Source: Antedon mediterranea (Eukaryota; Animalia; Echinodermata). Taken from it: a stretch of 64,000 nucleotides of DNA. Positions 38,601 through 52,174 of this stretch are shown one piece after another. The first letter of the stretch is position 1; the number at the start of each line of letters is the position of its first letter. The notes under the pieces were generated by a model. That model was not told the origin of the DNA and did no database searches. It worked only from the letters and a program-made list of their open reading frames with translations. The stretch spans positions 2,666,001 through 2,730,000 of the forward strand of contig NC_092671.1 of the NCBI RefSeq assembly GCF_964355755.1, in the 5' to 3' direction. Both the position numbers and the translations under genes were made by a program.

Positions 38601-41600
38601 TTCTGAATTGTCGTATTCGATTGGGAACTTTTCGTTGTCAACATAAAGATTCGTTAAGTACTTTTTGTATTTCAATGGTAAATTGTAAACAGATTGTGCC
38701 CAACAGAAAAGCATCCAAATGGAAAACATTAACAATGCAAGCTTTTTCTTTAAGAACAATCTCAACGCTCAAAATACTCCGTTAAATAACTACGAAAAAA
38801 CTATATTCTATGGTAAAACTCCCAATCGAATAGGACAATTGGCAATTAGTAAAGATTGTTAACGTAAAATCTTTAAAAAACAATGATTTCATACACATTT
38901 AAAAGTGAGGAAATTATCAGGGAAAAATTTCATAAAAAAATTTTGTTTAGCAATATTGCTAATCAAACTGATTTTTAAGTCGAGAAACATAGTTTTGTAT
39001 TGTATTTTTTGCTACACAATTTTAGAAATGTATAGCAATAAGGTTGTTTTGTATAGCTTTTTGCTATGCTACACTGTCGAAAATGTTCCCATCACCAATT
39101 CCAGGATGGATAAACAGAAATGTTTAGGGAGTGGAATAGAAATATAATAATCTTGAGTTACAACCCTTGTAGTAGGCCTACTGTACAGTTACAGTAGGCC
39201 TACTGTTAGGTCAGATGGGAAACCCCCACCAAACTATCCATCTTCTCCACAAAAATCACTTTTTATACATAAATTTAATACATTTTTCCAAGCCATTAAA
39301 GTATATGAAATCATAAATGCCAAATTTGTCTGAATTAACATTTAATAATACGAAACAATTTCAATTTGATAAATCATTTTGTACATCATAAGTAGAAACC
39401 TATAAACCATTTCATGCCTACTTTTAGGTGAGTACAGTACAGTACATTAATTCTGTTAGGCCTACTTAATTAACATTTATAAACTAGGCCAAATATAGGC
39501 TGAGGTCCTGAGGTCAAAATTTTTCACTTTCAGTGTTACTTTCATATTAGACATCAATTTTGATGATAACACTTGGATTTAATGAGTATCAATAAATTTA
39601 ACACAAAAAATTTATGATCGAGACAGAAAGGGACTTTTTTGCAGAGATATCGGTTATAAGACGGTGGATAAAAAGGGGATGCTAAACACCAAGAGCTTAT
39701 TAGGGTATCTCTGAAAAGTGGGGGAAATATACAGTAGGTTGGTCACCTTACCAACTCCAGCACAACTAAAAGTATGTGGATGTACTTTTATTGCGCTTGC
39801 AAAATGCTTAAAAATTGGCCAAAATATGATCTGAAAAGCTATTGCAATGGTTGCAGGAACAGGTTACTGCAGGGACTGTTGCTAATAAAATCATTATTAT
39901 TATTGTATCAGTTACAATTGATAGCAAGTTGATACAGTTGTTGGTTTTGATATACGTTATTTACGATTGACTTGCGACGCTCTCACAAAACTTTATCGGT
40001 TTAATGAGTCGTAAAGGTCTCCCCTTTTTCTGTCTGTTCACTTCAACAACTTCAATTATTTCCTTCTCATTTCTGGTCATTAGTTAATTGTTCTGAATAG
40101 GAAGTTATACATCCAGAAATATAAGCTTTAAAACCCACTAGACAAACGTCGTGGTTGAGTGAGCACAAGACCTGTGTGCTCAGATACCAGCTTATGGAGT
40201 AATCATGCGTAACACGGTTATGATGTAATTAGACAATACAAATATTGTTTAGTATTTTTAAATAACTGTAATACTTGCCTTTTAGGATTAGTAGTTTCAA
40301 CAATGAAATTTATTATAACAATACCATTTATTTATATTTTATCATAAAAGACCTTCTCAATATCCTTCCTGTATAATTCAATTCAACTTTATTTCGTTCG
40401 GACGTGTGGCGCAATGTGTTGGACTACTGATCGTGAGATCGAGGTTCGATTCCAACTATCGCCGCATTGCTTGTATCCTTAGGGCAAGATACTTTACTTA
40501 CTCTCTCCACCCAGATGTATAAATTGGAACCGGGTTAGATCAAGACACAACTTTGTGGTGATTACTAGCTGCATTATGGGAGTAGAATGAAATAGATTGA
40601 AATATATATTTATACTGGGTAACCTCTTCAGTCAAAGACTGGTCTCCCAGAGGGCTCAGTTGGTGATGTGTATGTTTCCATACGTGTTTGGTCCAAAAAT
40701 AAATGACCGGGATAATAATGTTCAGCGCTTGGAGGTTTCACAACCTTAGGCGCTATATAAATCCAGGATATTATTATTATACTGTAGTGCCAACACATCA
40801 TTCTTCCCGAGGACCGTGTAAATACAAATACAATTTCAACAATCTTAAAACAATATTATGTAAAGTGACGTATCAATATAAATTTTAAGACGTTTGAATA
40901 AAGTTTAAATGATTGTAGAATCATAGACAAGTGAATGTCAACAACAAGATTGTTTATAATTTATATGCAGTATATACAGTATATATGGACGAATAATTAC
41001 CAGCAACAAAGTTTTCAATGTGGTACTTACTGAGATAAAAGTGCTAAAGTTGTTTTAAATTATTGATAAAAGCTTTGCATGGTGAAGAAACACAATTATA
41101 GCCATTTTGAATTTAAGTGATTTTTTGCTGGTGGTTTAGGATGGTTATAGTTTAAAATAATTAAAAATAGTATAAATGTGATAATTAACAATGAGAACAT
41201 GATTTGAAGTTTGAGTTCACTTGAAGTTGCTTTACAAATATGTTTTTAGTTTTAAATGTGTCGTAGGGCCCCTCAGTAGAGCAGTTTTACTTTATTACTG
41301 AGAGGGTTACCCTATTGAAAGAAAATGAAATAAATAAATAGATAAATAAACCACTATAATTTTGATTGTTCAGAGTAATTACAGATGTTGGGAAATTTTG
41401 GACTAATTATGAATGTTTAGATATTCTCAGCTGACTGAATAACTTTTTATCTTCTTTGCTCTATGTATGAGTATACCATAAGATGTTTTTATGTACAGTA
41501 AACCCCTTTGTGGGAACTACATGGTAGAGAAGTATCTCACACTTCCCTGATGTTATCTGTATTTTTTATGCGAATATTTAAATATTAAACTTAAGTCAAT

Positions 41601-44600
41601 ATGTAGAAATACAACTTTAAATCTTCACGTAAGCTCATGTACTGTACAAGAAATTGCGTCAGATATTATTAGAAAAAAAACGTTTATGTTTATTTGTAGT
41701 GACATTTAGTTTGACCTAGTTGTCGGTAAACTGTATAATAAATTTGCTGGTTGAATAGTGGCTATAGCTGGAAGGGTTGGACATACAACTGCTGAATCTG
41801 ATCAGTCTCTGCTCTATTTAACAATCTCTGCTCCATCTTACGATCTCCGCTCCATCTCATAATCTTCGCTCCATCTCATAATCTCTGCTCCATCTCACAA
41901 TCTCTGCTTCATCTCACTATCTCCACTCCATCTCCTGATCTCCGCTCCATCTCACGATCTCCGCTCCATCTCACAATCTCCGCTCCATCTCATAATCTCT
42001 GCTCCATCTCACGATCTCTGCTCCATCTCACGATCTTTGCTCCATCTCATAATCTCTGCTCCATCTCACAATCTCTGCTTCATCTCACGATCTTTGCTCC
42101 ATCTCATAATCTCTGCTCCATCTCACAATCTCTGCTTCATCTCACGATTTCTGCTCCATCTCACTATCTCCACTCCGATCCATCTCACAATCTCCTTCAT
42201 CTCACTATCTCCTTCATCTCACTATCTCCTCTCAATTTTGATACACAATATAACACCTAGCCTCATTCACACACTATCATAAATATTAAACGAGTTGTTC
42301 AAACACAAAAAAATAATTTGAAAACAGTTAAATGATAAATCAGTTAAATTCACTGATGCAGATCAACATAAAATGGTTCTTTACTTTGAACCGTTCATGC
42401 TTGTCAGGTATAGAATAGAATGAGTGTCATTATTGCTTATTTTAGGTGTTTTTATGGTTTTTATTATAATTATCATAACAAAGAAAATCCTGTTTTAGGT
42501 GTTTCGTATGATGGCTTAACTGTAAGCTTTTTGTTGGTTCTGTGAAAGAGATATTTATTCGTTATACAGAGTAAATAGTTCTAATATGTACTTTCTGTAG
42601 TTTTAAATCATTTCCAATTGTTATATACAGCCTCTGTAGCTTACAAAATAGCCTACAAATTAAAGCTGTTTTTACATAGTAGTATCATAGAGGAAAACAT
42701 ATTTTCCTCCATGGTTGTATAACAAATATAACCATGTAAATTTTTCAGGATGAATGGTCACCCCTGTTATGCTGCTGTCTAGAAGGGAGAGGGGGGGGGG
42801 GTCAATCCGAAATATGCAGTATTCAGATTAAAACAATAAAATCAGACTTTAAATAGGAAATTTTGCAGTTTTAATAAATTATTCAATTCTGTATAAAAAA
42901 ACAAAAAAATATTATTATTTCACTTATAAAAAGACAAAAGAAACGCTTAATTTTAACCAAAAACCATTTTCAGACAGATATTTAATTAATTTTTTTTGTT
43001 GCTTTAAATTACATTTTTTTCCAATCCAGTTTTTGCTCAAGTGACATTAAAATGGCATATTCAACAAAAAATAAAAAGAACAAAAATTGTTTAGGGGGAC
43101 AATATTTCTTTATTAAAACAGTTGACATATAATAAATACATTGGCAGTGATGTTTAAAGATATAGAAAGTTAACTCATTTTCACTCTTTCTTTCTCATTG
43201 TAGTTTTACAGAAACAGCCCAAGGATGTATTAGTATGCATATACGAGCTAGCTAGGATAGCTGGAAGATACGGCATCGAACCGCCAGGCTTAGTTAAACT
43301 AGAAAAGGAGATTGAAAGAGAACAGACGAACCCTAGGCCAGTCTCAGCAGTACCAAAAGCAAAGAAGAGTCCCGTTGGTGCCTTAGATGTTGAAGTAAAT
43401 ATCATGATAAAATGCTACTAAAAATGTGTTTAAAGGTTGACCCAAATTGTAAATCAAATAAGAACATAATTAACATTGTATCGAAAAATAGATAAAAACA
43501 TCTAGGAAAGCATTTACTTGTTTTTTTAATGCTAACCCAATTTATCATCTATGTGTTGTACTAGTTCATGTATAGCTTCCAATATGTGACGATCTATACC
43601 CTAACTTACGCATATTGTGTTGTTTGTCGTTGCCTGTACCTAGAATCCGCCAAGATGAATGTTGATGCGTACGCACAATGAGTTACATGGGGTAGCTGGG
43701 TCATACAGTATAGGTCACTGCAAATCAGAAATAAGCCTGGTAGTTTGACCATTGACCCTTTGGTACATAATTGCTACTACCAGTATTATTAGCAATAGTC
43801 CACAATTTTTATTAAAATTAATTAAATGTAAATAGTAAAATCAGCATAGACATCTGAACCTACTGTATAGTATTTGATATTTTTTAAGTATTTGAATTTC
43901 AGTTACATTTTTCTCCTTTTAAACAAAACAAGGTGTATTATTTTATGATAAAACACTCTCTAGAAAGGACTAATGACAGGGATGTTTTTTGTTTGTTTCT
44001 CTCTTCATGTTAGGTAATGAAGGTAGCAAATAAATCAGGTCATGGCTTAGAAATTAAGAGGATCTCAGAGGGCCGGTATAACATCTCAGGAAAAGTTGTG
44101 TTTGTCAGGGTAAGCAATTCTAATTACCTTATCACATTTTTCCTAGAAGTACAAATGAAGCGCCCAGTATTAGCTACTTGGTAGGAGGATTAATAATGAC
44201 ATTCGTAGTATTAGGAGTTTACTAGATACTTTTTGAACATGTCTCCCAAATTGGCCTGTTTGAAACAATGACCAATTATGTACAGCCCGATTTACTTCCC
44301 ACCGTAAAGATTGGTATTGATATTGTTTACCAATTGAACGAAAACACATCATTGAGAAGCCATGAACAGACTTTAAAATAGCAAAAACACAATGCCACAA
44401 TGCAAGTCATGTTGATGTTTTCTTGTGATCAATACATTCAATAAAACTGATATACAGTATGTGCATTCACTATTGGAATGTACACGTTCCACAGCAGTCA
44501 AAAAGTCATTTATACACTAAAAAATAAACAGAGAAAAAAAGTAATTAACCTGTCAATGACCTGGCCTGCTGTAAGCTTAGCGTAAGAGGATAGAATAATT

Positions 44601-47600
44601 AACTTAACAAACTATGATACGCCACAAGGCCTTGATAAATGCGATTCTCTAGTTGTTGTACGCACTAAATTCCCATCTATTGTTAAAATTACAAATGTTT
44701 ATACTTATCATCTAATTTATTACAATTTTATGAGTAGTTAAGTGGAATGTATAATATCATATCTTGTAAAATTATACAGTATTTTCAATGAGACTCTACA
44801 AAGTATTAATAAGGCATTTTTGATTCGGACAATTGAGGGACCAACAAGGAAGCTAGGTCAGGTCAAGTTTAGTCAATCAAAGGTCGTCGTCATCAAACCT
44901 GTGTCACGTTGAGAAGTGAGGACACGTGTCCTAATATCTAAACATGCGCGCAATGAACTAAAATGACGTAGTTTGGTTGTTGGTTGTTGGCTGTTGCAGA
45001 AAATCCTTGATAACATTAGTATACATGTTGGAGCAGCTTTTTCTCATTCTCACAGATTTCCAAATCTTGATTAATTCTTAATTAATCTTCAGTATATTAC
45101 CGGTGGTTTAGAAATTCCTCTATACCTGTGAATAAATATTTAGATTTTTAGATATTTTTGTATGTTTGAATCTAGAATCTGAATTGTTTAGAGAAAAAAG
45201 TATGGTATGAAAAAAAAACTTTATTCTGTTTGTTTTGTTTTAGCACTGCTGGGCCTATATGTCATGCTGTAATGTCACTGTTATAATATCACAATCAAAT
45301 GTCAAATCTAGAAAATTGCAGTATGTATACAGTTAAAATAATATTTGCTTGAAATAAAAAAAACCTTTATAAATTAAAAGTATTGTAGTATTAGTAAATA
45401 AAACCTACACTCAATAAACAATTGGATTCCATCAAAGCTAAATTGTTTATCTAACTCAGTAGGAGGAGCTAATTACTTAATTAGCCCTCAATTAGCATTT
45501 CCTGTCACCAACTTTGGTGCTTAGTGCACATAATTATTATTGTTTTGTATTCACTTGATCTTGAAAATGGTTCTATGATGGTACCGAAACGTCGATCTCT
45601 CTTTTTGTCATTAAATTTTATATTGAAATTATTTAGTAAATAAACTTACATAATATATTGAATATTTTCAAAAGTATATATAAATGATAATTACTTCATA
45701 ATTTTCTTCCTATACGTCTACAAAAAACATTAAAATATTGGTACAGTAGAATGCCTTGGCTCCATGCAGGGACATCCTTCATAATGAGGGTTGGGGTGGG
45801 GGGGGGGGGGAGGGTGGCGGTATACTTCCCTATGTACCAAATATGTGTGTTAATACTGCGGACCCTCCTATTGAGGGGACATTTTGTTGAGTCACAGAGG
45901 TTCAATAATAAATACATTTACAAATTACAGTACTATATAATATAGGTACTTAAGCTATAACCAATTCTTATTATCAAATTATTTTAGTCATAAACTGTCA
46001 GATATTCTAGTAATCTAGTACCAGCAATACTACAACAAAAACCTGTATTTGACAATGTATAAATTATTCATGAATTTTAATGTTTATACAGAAAATAAAT
46101 AAAATTCAAGCTTGTTTATGTTTCACTTACTGCATAAATTAAATGATTTAAATCAATAATATTGATATTAATTATATTATTGATAAATATTAACTGTCAA
46201 ACAGTCATCTTTTTCCTGTATTGGTTTGTACAGCTCTGTCTACACTATCAAACTAGTTTGAAAAAAAGTGTGATGTGCCCAAATATGGTAGTGATATGCC
46301 CAAATAGTAGTGATATGACATCATCATGTCACATAAAGTTTGATAGTGTAGACAGAGCTTAACACTGTTAGTATTGAAATATAAACAAATATTTTGAATG
46401 AAAATCATTTTTTAAATTTTGGTTGAATACTCATCGATTTCATGCTCAATTTAATAACTTTGCTAGCTGATTTCAAAATTTATTTCTGTGAAAATGTGGT
46501 CATTTCTTGATGAGGCAACACGCATCTTTAAAGAGTATCGAGGGACGTAATGACAGGAATTCTCATTTACAGAGAAAAAATAAATTGAATACGTCACGCT
46601 AAAGTGTACTAGCTATCAAAGGAATTGATAAACGATTTGAAACCGTTTGAATGGACAACTAGCGTACAACATCAAATAACCGTTGTTTTGATTAAAAATA
46701 TATAATTTATTGTAACATGCGTATCTCCTGTTCCAATATAATTGGAATTAATACTCTTGAAAAATGTCATTATTAAAACATTGTTTACATTAGAATTATT
46801 TGAAATTTAGTTTGAATTGAATATTTATATTACTGCGTATGCATATTATAACAAGATTTTATGAGCATGTACATGTGTACTGTACATAATATTAATACTA
46901 TATGATGTATGCATGGACAGTCAAAATGAGAGAATATGAAATCAATCATTTCAAATTAAATAAAATTCTGCCAACCTCTGCCAAGATATTTAGACCCTGA
47001 CCATTAAACCACACTTCTATGGTCCAAGTCTGATCTATATGCAACTAAAAATACAGAACAATTAATTTATTTCAAAATTAAATTCAGCTGACATTTAAAT
47101 TGTTTGTTGCAAAATCTTATGAATCAATTTTTTTTATTCTGTACGTTTTTTAAAAGCAAATACCAGTGATATTGATAAATAATAGAACAAGGCCAACAGC
47201 CATAAGTCACGTGCTAAAACGCATAGTGATACCGGACCGACCGACAGACAGACCGACCGACCGACCGACATAGTGAACTATAGAGTCGCGTCCATGCGAC
47301 TAAAAATATGGATTTAGCAATTTATAAAAAAAAAGATTAGTAATTAGTAATTCATAAAATATGTAAAATTACATAAAATAAATACATATTGGAAACCGAG
47401 TTATCAAATCCATACATATGTAGGTAAATAACATAAAGTTGAATATACTATAAATATTCACCATATGGATAAGCATCTGGATTATATTATTTTCATAAAT
47501 AATTAACTGTCATTTGATATCACTATTTTTAATCTTTAAATACCATTGTTTTAATAATGGAAAAATTACATTTGATTAAATTCTGTTGCAAGTTTGTTTT

Positions 47601-48801
47601 TCGAAAAGTGATGGTAGATAGTTTTATGAAAAAAAAAAATTATAATTTTAAAATATTACTGAAAATTTGAATGAAACAGGATATACTTACTAATAATATT
47701 CACATTTGGCTTTCTACTATTTTTTTATGAAAAGGTTATTTGTCTATCTCTGTCAACTATGCGATTGTTCTGTCTTTCTTTGTCAACAGTATTATAGGAC
47801 TTTGCTGTTAAAGTTTGTCTCAACTGTTTTTTACTATTCTGTTTTTCTCTGATAAACTGTAGATAGCTTTTATAGTTTAATAAAGATTTATGAAGACTTT
47901 TCAACCTCAAACACATGCCCTTTGATAATACATTTAACGATAGTTAAAGTGTTTTTTATATTTCGTAATAGTTCAAGCATCATCATTGCAATATACACAA
48001 TACTGGGTTTTCAGGGTTAATTTGTCAAAGATAAAGGAGACATGTAGAAAAGGAAGACCATTTTATACACAGTCTCTAGCCTAACAGATACAACAAAATA
48101 GCCAAGATATCTCTTAACCTCCCTTTCATGAGTTCCTCAATTTTTGGAGAATGATTGAAAAGGAAAGTCAATTTAAGCCTACATTATTAATTTTTGAGGT
48201 GTTACTCATTTTCTGTTCCACTGTTTGTCAAGTTTTTTAGACTTTGTAACAACTTTTCACAACAAAAACTTTTGGAGGTTATTCTTATATACAGTACCTA
48301 TTTCTTTTTTAATTTTAGTAAACCAATTCGAATTCAAATATCTCATTTATAATGATATCTTTGTGAGATAAAAATAGTTGACAAAATAGACCAACCAGTT
48401 AAACTTAGCCCTAAAGCACAATGCAAGAATATGACAAATGTGCAGTTTTTTCTTTTTGTTCTAATCATAATATTTAACAGTAATTGGTACTCATGCCTTA
48501 ACCTTAAGGCTGTCTACTCTATCACTGTCATTGCAATCAAACTTCTCATAAATAAATAAATTATTCTTTTCTACGACAGATGTTACATGGCCGACATGTG
48601 ATGGTACGAGTCGGCGGTGGTTGGGACACGCTGGAGCATTTCCTAGAAAGACATGAAGCTTGTAAGATGGTACGCGTAAGTCGGCAGATTACAGACGAGA
48701 GAGGTATCCCGGTACCGGACGATTTCTTTGTTATAAACGCCAAATATAAAGGAAGTCCCCCGACACGAACACCCAGCACAAAACGTGGAACTTCAAGATA
48801 A
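29682..48801 (+). CDS. GAS2: Growth arrest-specific protein 2 family (CH + GAR domains), 6 coding exons, 299 aa
   Basis: Exons 29682-29808, 33815-33936, 34126-34267, 43204-43394, 44014-44109, 48580-48801, all in phase. Motifs [73 protein letters not shown]. Confidence 0.92.
32235..32743 (+). mobile_element. 5'-truncated Rex1/Babar-like LINE remnant in GAS2 intron
   Basis: [16 protein letters not shown]...[15 protein letters not shown]...[21 protein letters not shown] with a frameshift near the end; (TTGAC)n tail at about 32729-32743. Confidence 0.8.
36136..36246. mobile_element. Small Harbinger-like MITE (family B)
   Basis: AGCTTGGTTCCTACTA...TAGTGGGAACCAAACT inverted ends in a TTA/TAA context; degenerate relatives near 6176, 18740 and 19495. 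Confidence 0.6.
37190..37360 (+). mobile_element. tRNA-derived SINE (family with GGATAAGGACTATAAACCGTAGGTCC core)
   Basis: A-box-like GGCGGTTAAGG, B-box-like GGTTCAAG, then the shared core. Confidence 0.6.
38050..38296 (-). mobile_element. tRNA-derived SINE, same family
   Basis: Minus strand TGGCTGAGTGGTTTAAG (A box), GGTTCGAAGCC (B box), GGGACTATAAACCATAGGTCC core and AAAGAACCC. Confidence 0.75.
38609..38837. mobile_element. MITE family C
   Basis: TIRs TGTCGTATTCGATTGGGA / TCCCAATCGAATAGGACA; a homologous copy is at 59520-59746. Confidence 0.85.
40399..40780 (+). mobile_element. tRNA-head SINE with CORE-like centre and L2-type tail
   Basis: GTGGCGCAATG (A box), GGTTCGATTCC (B box), TGTATCCTTAGGGCAAGATACTT, and tail GGCGCTATATAAAT...TATTATTAT. 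Similar tails occur at ~17250-17312 and ~3350-3420. Confidence 0.8.
41805..42232. repeat. 19-bp pyrimidine-rich minisatellite, about 20 units
   Basis: ATCTCTGCTCCATCTCACA and variants in tandem. Confidence 0.92.
46232..46359. mobile_element. MITE family A (Harbinger/Tourist-like), complete
   Basis: Perfect TIRs AGCTCTGTCTACACTATCAAACT / AGTTTGATAGTGTAGACAGAGCT. Confidence 0.9.
47186..47306. mobile_element. Helentron-associated (HINE/DINE-like) short element
   Basis: AACAAGGCC end, internal (GACC/GACA)n microsatellite, and terminal hairpin AGTCGCGTCCATGCGACT followed by an A-run. Confidence 0.55.
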
Positions 48802-50814
48802 TAAGCCATCAATCATCAGAAGTCTATCTTCTTGAGTGATATGTGGTTGTGATTTTAAACTAAATTGGGTGGGTGATACCCCAGGGTGGGCTTATACTCC
48901 AAGGAGAGCTTATTCTCCAGGGTTAAACTATTCCTGAGTCAGTATAGTAATTATCCAAATGGTAAATAAGCATTCTACTTCCTTCCAGCTGATATTTATT
49001 AATTAGAAATATTTATTGAACAAAATTATATAAAGAAATTGAAACAAACAAAAACAATTAGATAAGATGAGTATAATTCATTGATATTATAGTGATTTAA
49101 TATTACTGTATCAAACAATATGATAAATAATAAATAGTGATATATAACATATTTTAAAAAAGCTTCGGTACAGCTGTTTTATAAAATTTCTAATCACTAA
49201 AATACTGACAATGCTGAAAATTATCACAATGTCCTTTTACTCTTCACGTTTTGTGGGAAAATGACCATATTAGGCAATAATATATATTCACTTGGTTTAT
49301 TTTTCAAAATAGACTTTTTAAACAGAATCATGTTTTTATAGATGATACATTTTTGATATTTGCCTTTGGGAGTTTTTTTTCCCAAATAAATTTGAATCTT
49401 CTAAAATGGGATGCAAAAAGCTTAAAAGGTAAAAAAAACAAAGTGTTTTTTTAATTATTTAAAAAAATGATTGCAAATTTAAAACTAACGTGGTTTAAAA
49501 AACTCATTATGTTAGTTAAAAACATTGTTTAGCTGATTATTGTATGTTACTTATAAAGTGATGAACAATGATGTTGTTTCCCGCCTAGAATGCTTATAAT
49601 ATGTGTGAGATTTACTTTTTAAACATGGTATGTTTGGGTTCATTGACCTGGCCTTTAACTCGTTCCACTTATCTTCCAGAAGTTGTTGTTTTCTACTGAA
49701 TTATTTAGTTGTATGTTAATTATGGTTTTTAGTTGTATTTTTAGTAAAAAAATACTATATCCCTTTTTGTTTTCAAATTAATTTTAGAGTGGTTTATGTT
49801 TTGGTAAGTTATTAATTTTGAAGTTAGGAGTTTGTTTTTTGGGATAATTTCTGCAAAATTAGGCCCACTGGGCTTCTATTTGAGGCAGACCGGAGGAAGA
49901 GGTAAATGAAGGAATTCCTTCTTTGAAAGATTAAAAGAAAAGGGATGAATGACATCATGACCCCTCATTCACACCCCATCTTGGATTCTCCCCTTTGTCT
50001 ATTGGTTATTATATGGTAGAAAAGTTATATAATATATTCATAAAATATATATATAAAATTCAATCAAATTTTGTTGTACATTTTTTTTACTCCATGATCT
50101 TTTCAATCAATCTGTGTCAAATATGTAAATTAGGTTCGCAGTTTACGGTTCAGTAACTTCCAGAAAAATGGAATATTTTGTTGGGTTTTTGTGCAATTTT
50201 AAATAATTTGTTTTAATTCTAAATTAGTATCACCTTGCTTTATAATTAGCTTTAATGTATTTAAATATTCTGCACCAAATCGGTTTAAAAAAAGCACCTG
50301 TTATGTTAATTTATATATCGAGATATATTTATTATAAAAATAATGTTTATACAAGTTATTTGATTTGAATAATTAAGAAAGAGTGAAATTATGTGTAAAA
50401 TAATATATAATTTCATTGAATTTTGTTTTTTATTTTAGAATTATTATAGAAATGTAATTAATTTTATAAATATGGAAAAGTTATATTTATTATTGATATT
50501 ACCTCAGCGGGTAAAATTGTGTAAAGTTGAAAGATGTACATTAGGTTTAGTAAGGTTCCACTGCACAGGTTGAATAGCATTATATGATAATGCCACATAT
50601 TTTGGTTCCCATATAAAATCGCAAAATCATGTCGTTGTAAAATTCTATTTCATAATCATTTTTAAAACATTAAAATCATGAGATGATTGGTTCAACTGAA
50701 ATTATATTAGAATTATTGTATTATACAATACTTGTTTTATTTTGTTTATTTATTTTTTATTTTTATCTCTTTTGGGACATGTGGATTACCAATTGTAAAT
50801 TAATCACTTTCCTA

Positions 50815-51005
50815 TCAGATAGGTGGTAATCCCCCTGATACAGGGGCTATTTTGTGAATCAGTTCATCTGGGTAACTCCATCCCCACTCATCTTGAATAA
50901 TAAACTGCACTGGCAAACTGTGTACACTGGACCTACGGTTTATATACCTATAAATCTGAGGAGACTTGTGTTAAACAGCGCCCCTCCCTTAAACACTTGG
51001 CCATT
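50815..51005 (-). mobile_element. tRNA-derived SINE remnant, same family as 38050
   Basis: TAGGTGGTAATCCCCCTGATACAGGGGCT...TGTACACTGGACCTACGGTTTATA matches the 38050 copy. Confidence 0.75.
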
Positions 51006-51544
51006 TGACTTGAATTATTTGTTTTAAATTAAATGTAAACAAATATGGTAGCGGTAATGCAGTAATTCTCACATCACAGACCCTAACCAAATTGCCATTG
51101 TAACAAGAAGACACATAATATATCAATATAAGTTATTTAGAATAAATTAAAAGATAAAAATCACAGAACAGAAAAAAAGAAATATGAACTTGTTTGTACA
51201 TGCCATTTAATGTTAATGTTCGTTTTAAAATTTATGAATAATATTTGTTGACCGACTTAAGCCACGGAGTAATCGCTCTGTTGCTTAAACTTAAAATGTG
51301 GATTTGTACATGAATATGGTAATTTATTCGCTGGAAATATAAGACTAACATTTGACTGCATGTAGCATATTCCTTTTTAACACCTTGATAAGTTAGCAGC
51401 ACTAAATATTCCTCTTGTATAATATTCATTTAATGTTATGTAATATATTACAAAACTGTATTATACTTTCAGATTATGTGCCTTGGGTTAGATAATTTAT
51501 GTATTAAATAAAATTAGTGTAAAATATATACCCTTCATTTTTTG

Positions 51545-51775
51545 GAAAACCCTTATTCAGGGACACCCCCATAAAGGGGACACTTTACTGTGGATCAAAT
51601 GAGCGGTAATATGTTTTAATACTACAGTGGACCATATTCAGGGAACACCCCTATAAGGGGACACTTTACTGTGAAACGAGTGAGGGTAGTATGTTATAAC
51701 ACTACTACCAACACCTATTCAGGGAACACATCAGTATACTTTGTTGTGTCCCGAAGGTGTTCCCTTAATAGGTGT
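51545..51775. repeat. ~80-bp tandem units derived from the GGGGACAC MITE family
   Basis: TATTCAGGG(A)ACACCCC.ATAAGGGGACACTTTACTGTG occurs twice, plus a partial third unit. Confidence 0.7.
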
Positions 51776-52016
51776 TGGTGTTAGTTTTTTTTGGGAGGTA
51801 AAATTGTGGCTTTTGAAAATTACAAAGAGTAAGAGTAGGTGCGAGGAATCATAAGTACATCCTTGTGCCAAATTTGCTGTGACACCCACCTTAAAAATAG
51901 TACAGTAAATTGCAGCAAACTACAAAGGGCCTTCACAACAAGCCTGAACCAAACAAAGCTGATGTAAAAAACAAATTTACCACCAATACATCTCTTGCAT
52001 TTTTTTCTTTATATAG

Positions 52017-52174
52017 AGCTCTGTCTGGGCTATCAAACTAGTTTGACAAAAAAGTGTGATGTGCCTAAATTTGGTAGTTATATGCCCAAATATGGTAGTC
52101 ATATGACTACATCATGGTCATATATGGACACATCACTTTTTTGTCACATAAAGTTTGATAGTGTAGAGAGAGCT
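52017..52174. mobile_element. MITE family A, complete
   Basis: AGCTCTGTCT..CTATCAAACT / AGTTTGATAGTGTAGAGAGAGCT. Confidence 0.85.
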
